DNA from: Terrimicrobiaceae bacterium
GTDB lineage: Bacteria; Verrucomicrobiota; Verrucomicrobiia; Chthoniobacterales; Terrimicrobiaceae
Assembly: GCA_041752695.1 (NCBI GenBank)
Contig: JBGSVZ010000085.1
Span: 96,001 to 160,000, forward strand
Reading direction: 5' to 3'
Length of the DNA: 64,000 nucleotides
A program made the translations under genes and the position numbers. The notes below the pieces were generated by a model, which saw nothing but the letters and a program-made list of their open reading frames with translations, was not told the origin of the DNA and did no database searches. Numbering within the stretch: the stretch's first letter is position 1; each line of letters opens with the position of its first letter. Positions 58,203 to 64,000 of this stretch are shown here, piece after piece.

Positions 58203-58864
58203 CGATGACAGCCTCCGCAGGTGACGGGAGGGTTGACATCCCATTCTTCCTTGAATTTCAAGCCCATCTCCCGCTGATCATGCGGCGAGGCGGCTTTCCA
58301 ATTCAGATTGTAAATCTCCGAGGGAGGACGGAGGTGATTTTCCGGCGCCCGGTGGCAGTCGAGACACCAGCTCATGCTCTGCGGCTGATGCTGATAGACC
58401 ACCTTCATGTTGTTCACATCGCCGTGACAGGAGTAACAGCTCACCCCGCGGTTCACATGTACCGCATGGTTGAAATACGTGTAGTCGGGCAATTTGTGAA
58501 TCCTCACCCAATTCACCGCCGGACCGTCTCCCTTGCCGCCGTTCCAGGCCGCACGGACCGCTTCGAGCTTCGGACTTTCGGCCTTCACCTGCGTGTGGCA
58601 GCTCATGCAAGTCTGCACGGAGGGCACGTTCGAATGGGAGGCCACCTCGACAAAACTGTGGCAAAACCGGCAATCCATCCCGAGTTGTTGGACGTGGAGG
58701 TCGTGCTGAAAAGGAACCGGCTGAGTGGGCTCGTAGCCGACCCGGGTGTACTTCGGGGTGAAGTAGTAGGTCAGCCCCGCCGTCACCGCCCCGCCCAGAA
58801 CGAGCACGCAGACGGCCACCTTCCAGGGAAGTTGGTTCGTCCATTTGGGGAAAAAATTGGCCAT
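58199..58864 (-). CDS. actA: ACIII subunit A, pentaheme cytochrome c
   Basis: Five CxxCH (CRFCH, CMSCH, CYSCH, CLDCH, CGGCH); QPVPF.H. Confidence 0.93.
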   Translation of the reverse strand: MANFFPKWTNQLPWKVAVCVLVLGGAVTAGLTYYFTPKYTRVGYEPTQPVPFQHDLHVQQLGMDCRFCHSFVEVASHSNVPSVQTCMSCHTQVKAESPKLEAVRAAWNGGKGDGPAVNWVRIHKLPDYTYFNHAVHVNRGVSCYSCHGDVNNMKVVYQHQPQSMSWCLDCHRAPENHLRPPSEIYNLNWKAASPHDQREMGLKFKEEWDVNPPVTCGGCHR

Positions 58865-59036
58865 GTGTGGATTTAAGGGCGACTAGCGGTCAATTGCGGG
58901 GCATTGCCGGTAGATTGCCGTGGCAGGCTATTATTAATTAAACTGATGGCAATTGTTTTTTGAACGAAAACCCGGGATTTTTTTGGCAAGCAAAATCTGA
59001 CCTTCCGGCGGCCCAAAAATCCTCTACGCTGACCCC

Positions 59037-59486
59037 ATGATCCGTCCGTTTCTCGGCCTCCTGCTCTTCGCCGTCACCGCTCTCGCCCAGGAAACCGCCC
59101 AGCCGCCACTTCCGACTATCACCCTCAAAGCCGCCAACGGGCGCGCCATCACGGCCGAAGTCGCCGACGAGACCCACGAGCGCACCGCTGGCCTCATGTT
59201 CCGCGAAAAACTCGCGCCCGACAGCGGCATGCTTTTTGTCATGCCCCGCCCGGATCGGGCCGGATTCTGGATGAAAAACACCCTCATCCCCCTCTCGATC
59301 GCCTACATCAACGCCTCGGGCGTCATCCTTGAGATCCACGACATGAAGCCGCACAACGAAAAACCTGTCCCCAGCGTCTTCCCCACGGTCGCATACGCCC
59401 TGGAAATGGAACAAGGCTGGTTCCAAAAGTCCGGAGTCAACCCCGGCGAACGCCTCCAAGGCCTCCCGCCGCTGACGGGCCGATAG
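59037..59486 (+). CDS. DUF192 family exported protein
   Basis: EVAD...R..GLMFR, GMLFV, FWMKNT.IPLSIAYI, ALEM..GWF. Confidence 0.92.
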   Translation: MIRPFLGLLLFAVTALAQETAQPPLPTITLKAANGRAITAEVADETHERTAGLMFREKLAPDSGMLFVMPRPDRAGFWMKNTLIPLSIAYINASGVILEIHDMKPHNEKPVPSVFPTVAYALEMEQGWFQKSGVNPGERLQGLPPLTGR

Positions 59487-59493
59487 CCTGCTC

Positions 59494-59528
59494 GGAGATC
59501 GGAGTTGGGAGTTGGGAGTTGGGAGATC
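59494..59528. repeat. Heptamer tandem array, 5 units
   Basis: ggagatc ggagttg ggagttg ggagttg ggagatc between convergent genes. Confidence 0.8.
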
Positions 59529-59550
59529 GCCCTGTCCCCGCGTCTTTCCC

Positions 59551-60750
59551 CTACCCCGCCAGCGCCCGCAAACTCGACCGCAGGAACGCGTCGCGGATCG
59601 TTTTCAGGGTCTTCTCCGGGAGCGGCGCTCTTCCCCCTCCGACAAAATATTCCAGTGCGGCGAGAAACACCACCGGCTGTTCCTCCTCCGGCACCCCGAG
59701 ATGGCCCGGAAACGCCGCATCCAGGATCCAAGTCCCCTCCTCCGAGGCTTCCGTGAGTTCCTCCGCCCACCTCATCACGGTCTCCTCGGGTTTCTTCCCG
59801 TGACGTTTCGCCACCAGTTCGAGAATTTTTTCCCGCCCCGGCACATTGAGCAGCAGCGCGAGGAAAAACCGGTGTTCGACATCCGTCACCGAACCCCGCA
59901 GCCCCACCACCCGGTCCCGCCAGACAATCTCATCCAGCGTCCGCCCGACCCCCGCGGCCGCCCGGCCATGTTTTTTCTGGAAGATCCCCAGCGCTTCCTC
60001 CCAGCGTCCCAACCCGCGCAGGGCACCCAGACAATTCTGCAAAACAAAAAATCCCCGCTCGAAATCCAGTGCCCCGAGCATTTCCACCACCACATCGCCG
60101 TAAGCCGGATCCTCCGTCCGCTCCATCACATCGAGCAATTGCAACCGCCGCGCCGTCAGCGCATCCGTGTGAAACGGGTCCACCGCCACATGCGGAGGCA
60201 GGTAGGTAAATTGCGGCCCGGTCCCGGGTGCCGTATGGGTGCGCACGACAATGGTCAGCGAGGGCGAATCCAGATGAAACAGCGCATGAATATGCCCCGC
60301 CCCCGCCACAATCGGCACCGTCCTCCCCGTCTCCAGCAACTCCGTCCCCTGCAACTTCAGATCCCCCACCCGGAAATGCGCCGTCACCGCCCGCGACTTC
60401 TCAAAGAAATACTCCGAATGCAAACTCGACCCCGCCATCACGTGAAACGCCCCGTCGAACTCATGCTGATGAATCTGCGTGGTACCCTCCATCCAGAACA
60501 GTGCCTGAATGTAAAACCGCGGATCGTCATACACCACGATCTCCGGCTGCCCGAACCCCGACCCCGTCTGAAAGGGCTGCCCATCCTCCAGCAAAAACTC
60601 CCGCATCAACTCCGCCAGATCCACCTGCTGCGCAGGCGGCCGGTCGTTAAGAGCCGCCACCGCCAGCTCGGGAAACCCTTCCTGCGAGAAGTTGAGTTTT
60701 TTCCACCGGTCATACACCCTGCGCCCGAGATCCTGAAAAAACGCGTTCAT
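59551..60750 (-). CDS. Uncharacterised cupin-like (cysteine-dioxygenase-like) protein with helical C-terminus
   Basis: LFW..GTTQIHQH.F.GAF.V..GSS.H and HIHALFH; start ATG 60750. Confidence 0.65.
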   Translation of the reverse strand: MNAFFQDLGRRVYDRWKKLNFSQEGFPELAVAALNDRPPAQQVDLAELMREFLLEDGQPFQTGSGFGQPEIVVYDDPRFYIQALFWMEGTTQIHQHEFDGAFHVMAGSSLHSEYFFEKSRAVTAHFRVGDLKLQGTELLETGRTVPIVAGAGHIHALFHLDSPSLTIVVRTHTAPGTGPQFTYLPPHVAVDPFHTDALTARRLQLLDVMERTEDPAYGDVVVEMLGALDFERGFFVLQNCLGALRGLGRWEEALGIFQKKHGRAAAGVGRTLDEIVWRDRVVGLRGSVTDVEHRFFLALLLNVPGREKILELVAKRHGKKPEETVMRWAEELTEASEEGTWILDAAFPGHLGVPEEEQPVVFLAALEYFVGGGRAPLPEKTLKTIRDAFLRSSLRALAG

Positions 60751-61003
60751 CCCCGCACCTTCCGGGATCCGATCCCACCCCTCAAGAACCATTCACCCCC
60801 AAGAAAAGAGGTTCGCCGACGACCGCGGACCCACCGGAGGGAATTTCGACCGCCAGAACCCGGCGGGGCCAACCTCAAAAACGCCCGCCCCCCTTGACCT
60901 GCGAGGTCTCCGCTTCCGGGCCACATCGCGTCGGCCTTTTGCAGAATCCCTCCGCGAAATTTTCTCGCTAATCCCCGGCCCGCCGCGTTTCATCCGCGGG
61001 CAA

Positions 61004-62314
61004 ATGATTTTTGCGGGCGGCTCACAGGGAGAGGGCGTTGTGCGGGCGAGTTGGAAGGGCTGGCTGATCTGGTTCACGGCCGCGCTGTTTTACCTCTACG
61101 AGTTTTTCGTCCGCGTCGCACCTTCCGCGATGGAACCGGAATTGCAGGCGACGTTCCACCTGTCCGCCGCCGGACTCGGCGCGGCCATGGGCGTCTATTA
61201 TTTCATCTATTCGCCGATGCAATTGCTGGCGGGCAGTTTTCTCGACCGCTTCGGCGCTCGGCACGTCCTCGTTCCCGCCGCGCTCATCTGCACAATCGGC
61301 GCTTTCCTTCAGGCCTTCGGTCACACCCCGTTTCTTTTGAGCACGTCGCGGTTTTTCCAGGGATTCGGATCCGCCTTCGCTTTTGTCGGCACGATGTATC
61401 TGGCGGCGGAATGGTTCCCCCGCTCCATGCTGGCCATGCTCTCGGGGCTCACGACCTCGCTGGGTATGGCGGGGGCGATCATCGGAAATGCCGGCATCGC
61501 CGATGTGGTCAATCGTTTCGGCTGGCGGGACGCGCTTTTCGTCGCAGGCGGCGTCGGACTGGTCGTCACCGTCCTGATTGCTTTAATAGTCCCGACCGAG
61601 AGCCGTAAACGTCAGCAGCGCGCGATGGACGTCGAACTCGATCGCGGGCCGGGAATTTTCCGTTCGCTGAAGATCGTCTATTCGAACCCCCAAAGCTGGT
61701 TCGCGGGCATCGCCGGCACGGCCCTCTACATGCCGCTGTCCGTCCTCGGCGCGCTCTGGGGCGAATCGTATATTTCGTCCGTCACGGGCAGTGACAAAGT
61801 CGCGGCCTCCGGCGCGGTGTCGATGCTTTACGTCGGCTGGCTCATCGGCGGGCCGCTGGCGGGGTGGTTTTCCGACCACAAAGGCATCCGCCGCAACATG
61901 CTGCTTTTCGCAGGCATCGCCACGTTCCTCACCACGCTGGTCGTGGTTTTTGTCCCTCACCTTTCGATCACCGGAGCCTACATCCTGCTCCTGATTCTCG
62001 GCCTGGCTTCGTGTTCGCAGGTGGTGTGTTTTGTGACGGCCGTCGAGCACAACCCACCCGCCGTGGCCGGTACGGCCATCGCCGCGACGAACATGATGAT
62101 CATGCTCCTCGGCGGCATGGGCGAATGGGCCTTCGGCGCGATCCTCGATTATTTCGGTGGCAGCGGCGACGCGGCCAACTACCCCGAAACCACCTACCGC
62201 AAAGCCATCTTCCTCCTCCCCGTCATCTCCGCCATCGGAGTGGCCGCGGCCTTTTTCCTGAAAGAAAGTTTCCGTAAAGCCGAGATTCCCCCCGGGCCTG
62301 CACCGATGGTATAG
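61004..62314 (+). CDS. MFS transporter
   Basis: About 12 hydrophobic helices; GSFLDRFGAR and GWFSDHKGIRR motif A; start may be near 61040. Confidence 0.92.
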   Translation: MIFAGGSQGEGVVRASWKGWLIWFTAALFYLYEFFVRVAPSAMEPELQATFHLSAAGLGAAMGVYYFIYSPMQLLAGSFLDRFGARHVLVPAALICTIGAFLQAFGHTPFLLSTSRFFQGFGSAFAFVGTMYLAAEWFPRSMLAMLSGLTTSLGMAGAIIGNAGIADVVNRFGWRDALFVAGGVGLVVTVLIALIVPTESRKRQQRAMDVELDRGPGIFRSLKIVYSNPQSWFAGIAGTALYMPLSVLGALWGESYISSVTGSDKVAASGAVSMLYVGWLIGGPLAGWFSDHKGIRRNMLLFAGIATFLTTLVVVFVPHLSITGAYILLLILGLASCSQVVCFVTAVEHNPPAVAGTAIAATNMMIMLLGGMGEWAFGAILDYFGGSGDAANYPETTYRKAIFLLPVISAIGVAAAFFLKESFRKAEIPPGPAPMV

Positions 62315-62321
62315 TCAGGGG

Positions 62322-62912
62322 ATGAAGCCTCCTGGCGAGAAGGCGCTGACGGTGACGGAACTCCTTGTCATCATCGTGGTGTTAGTTGTGCTGATGAGTC
62401 TTGGAACCTCCTATCCCCCTCTCAATCCAGGAAGAGGCCAAATGTTTCAGACCCTCAGCAACATGAAGCAACTTCATCTTGCGACCCAGCAAATGGCTTT
62501 GGACGGAACGACCACCGGCGAGACCAACTTGGGGTTGCCCGGAGATACCGGCGGAACATTTTCCAACTGGTCTCGCCTGCTAGTTGAGAGCAATTACCTC
62601 AGAGCCGACGACCTCGCCAAACTGCTTTCGGCTCCCGGAATCGTTTTGAAACCCGGAAAGATCCCCACCTCCAATACGACAGCCGTACTGGTTTATGCGA
62701 CTAAGGAACAATCCGAAGCGAACGAAGTCTTTCTCTCCACCGCAAATTTCACCAACACACCGAGTGGCGGCCTACCGCCGTTAGCCGACGCGAAGCCCTA
62801 TGGGACCAATGGCTTCATTGTTTTCCGCAAGGCGGGCGACGGTGCGATCCTAAAATCCACGCAGGCCGGCAGCACCAACCTCATCGGTGGCTTTGCGCCG
62901 CTGCTCCAATAA
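62322..62912 (+). CDS. Prepilin/pseudopilin-like protein
   Basis: A|LTVTELLVIIVVLVVL N-terminal methylation-like motif; LSNMKQLHLA. Confidence 0.7.
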   Translation: MKPPGEKALTVTELLVIIVVLVVLMSLGTSYPPLNPGRGQMFQTLSNMKQLHLATQQMALDGTTTGETNLGLPGDTGGTFSNWSRLLVESNYLRADDLAKLLSAPGIVLKPGKIPTSNTTAVLVYATKEQSEANEVFLSTANFTNTPSGGLPPLADAKPYGTNGFIVFRKAGDGAILKSTQAGSTNLIGGFAPLLQ

Positions 62913-63333
62913 AAACCACTCGAGAAAACGGATTGAGCATTGTGGAAATCCTGGTCGCGCTCGCCATCGTGATCACCCTCATCTGGCTCGCCTTTCCTTA
63001 TATCGAAGGGGCGAACGCTCGCCCCCCAATGCACCGCATTCTCAGTAATATGGTGCAACTCCGTATCGCCACCGAACAAATGGCGACGGACAACGCGCAA
63101 ACCTCCGCGGTCGGCTGGCCTGGGGACATCAGTGGTTCTTTTTCCTACTGGGCTCATCACCTAATCTCCGGGAACTACCTAACGACTAAGGGACCAAACC
63201 TCTCGCAGACGCCAAACCATACGGCAAAAAAGGCTTCGTGATTTTCCGCAGAGGCGGTGACGGAGCCATCCCCATGGTCCGGCAGGCCGGGGACACCAAC
63301 CTCATCGGCGGGTTCGCGCCTCTTTGCTGGTAG
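62909..63333 (+). pseudogene. Degenerate paralog of the upstream prepilin-like gene
   Basis: G|LSIVEILV...LSNMVQL..AT.QMA.D matches the N-term; after a frameshift PLADAKPYGKKGFVIFRRGGDGAI...TNLIGGFAPL matches the C-term; middle part missing. Confidence 0.8.
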
Positions 63334-63365
63334 GACAATGTCTACCGCGAGAAGCAGCAGGAGAA

Positions 63366-63426
63366 TGTAGCCGCCCCACTCTGTTGGGGCGTCCATGGAG
63401 CACCCCGACGGAGCGGGGTGACTACA
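63366..63426. repeat. GTAG-family REP doublet (REPIN-like)
   Basis: TGTAGCCGCCCCACTCTGTTGGGGCG and inverted copy TGTAGTCACCCCGCTCCGTCGGGGTG. Confidence 0.8.
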
Positions 63427-63447
63427 GTTATTCTATATCAACTTCCA

Positions 63448-64000
63448 TCACACCGTCCGTCCCCCGCTCGGCGGTGGCAATTTTTTGGTGGGCGGCTGGG
63501 GCTGGAGGGCGGGTGGGAGCTGGCCTTTGACCTTGGGTTTCGGGGCCTTGTCGGAAACCTCCACGCCGCGTTGTTTCAGATATTGCGCCAGCGCGGCGGA
63601 GATTTCCTGCGAGGTGCGGCGGGCGTCGGCAGTCACTCCGGCCATAAGACCCTCGCCGCCATTGAGGATCATCGGCCAGGCGATCACGCCCATGATCGCA
63701 CCCGGCATGGCGTTCGAGCCGCCCGTCGTCTGGATGAGCACAAAGGGTTTGGCCTCGCCGGTCGTGTGATTCGCTACAGTCGCAGAGACATCGAGCTTTG
63801 TGCCGCCGGCCCCAAAACCGAGGGTGCTGCGTAGCGCGCGGCTGCCCTGATTGATGCGGGTGAATTTCCCGGTGACCACCCAATAGTCTCCCGCCGGAAC
63901 GTCGGCGTTCGCCGGCAAGCCGTCGGCCGGGGCAAGGAATTTGCGAAAGCGGGCAACCAGTTCGGCGGTCAGTTTGTCCTGCAGTTCCTTTTCAAAATCA
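63448..64000 (-). CDS. DUF4410-like protein, 5' end outside window
   Basis: VTGKFTRINQGSRALR...GFGAGGTKL; frame open to the right edge. Confidence 0.75.
   Translation of the reverse strand, partial: DFEKELQDKLTAELVARFRKFLAPADGLPANADVPAGDYWVVTGKFTRINQGSRALRSTLGFGAGGTKLDVSATVANHTTGEAKPFVLIQTTGGSNAMPGAIMGVIAWPMILNGGEGLMAGVTADARRTSQEISAALAQYLKQRGVEVSDKAPKPKVKGQLPPALQPQPPTKKLPPPSGGRTV

Noticed and set aside
58865..59036. FNR or Rex box upstream of actA
   Set aside because: AT-rich, but no match to TTGAT-N4-ATCAA or TTGTGAA-N4-TTCACAA.

Overview
GC-rich, gene-dense bacterial chromosome segment. Gene content (alternative complex III, futalosine menaquinone genes, prepilin-like proteins, large secreted Ig-repeat protease) suggests Verrucomicrobiota, possibly Spartobacteria; this is inference. 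Left to right: mqnA (partial)/mqnE, rpe, tadA; a GH151-like hydrolase with two AraC regulators and a PhyH dioxygenase; queA, a GH-A/GT2 fusion and an ECF sigma; a secreted metzincin; three tandem LuxR-HTH paralogs (first one broken); hemL; kdpABCDE with a clear KdpE-type box; serine hydrolase, lipoprotein, pssA/psd; a small Fe-S module (Cys-less rhodanese fusion, IscU-like, SufT); Uma2, ade, ABC exporter, GNAT; an ~18 kb minus-strand respiratory cluster; DUF192, a cupin-like protein, MFS, a prepilin-like gene plus its pseudogene, and DUF4410 (partial). The respiratory cluster reads actABCDEFG, ccoN-like, ccoO-like, cytochrome c, coxB, coxA, ctaA, ctaB, small peptide, coxC, SCO, CxxC peptide, DUF420. 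The standout is the ccoN-like gene: full-length and translationally coupled, but by eye-alignment it lacks all six heme/CuB histidines and the cross-linking Tyr, while its CcoO-like and cytochrome c neighbours keep their heme motifs. It is a candidate cofactor-less scaffold linking ACIII to an A1-type oxidase. No rRNA, tRNA, CRISPR array or transposase was recognised; several short palindromic and REP-like repeat families sit in intergenic spaces. All family calls come from motif recognition, not database searches.
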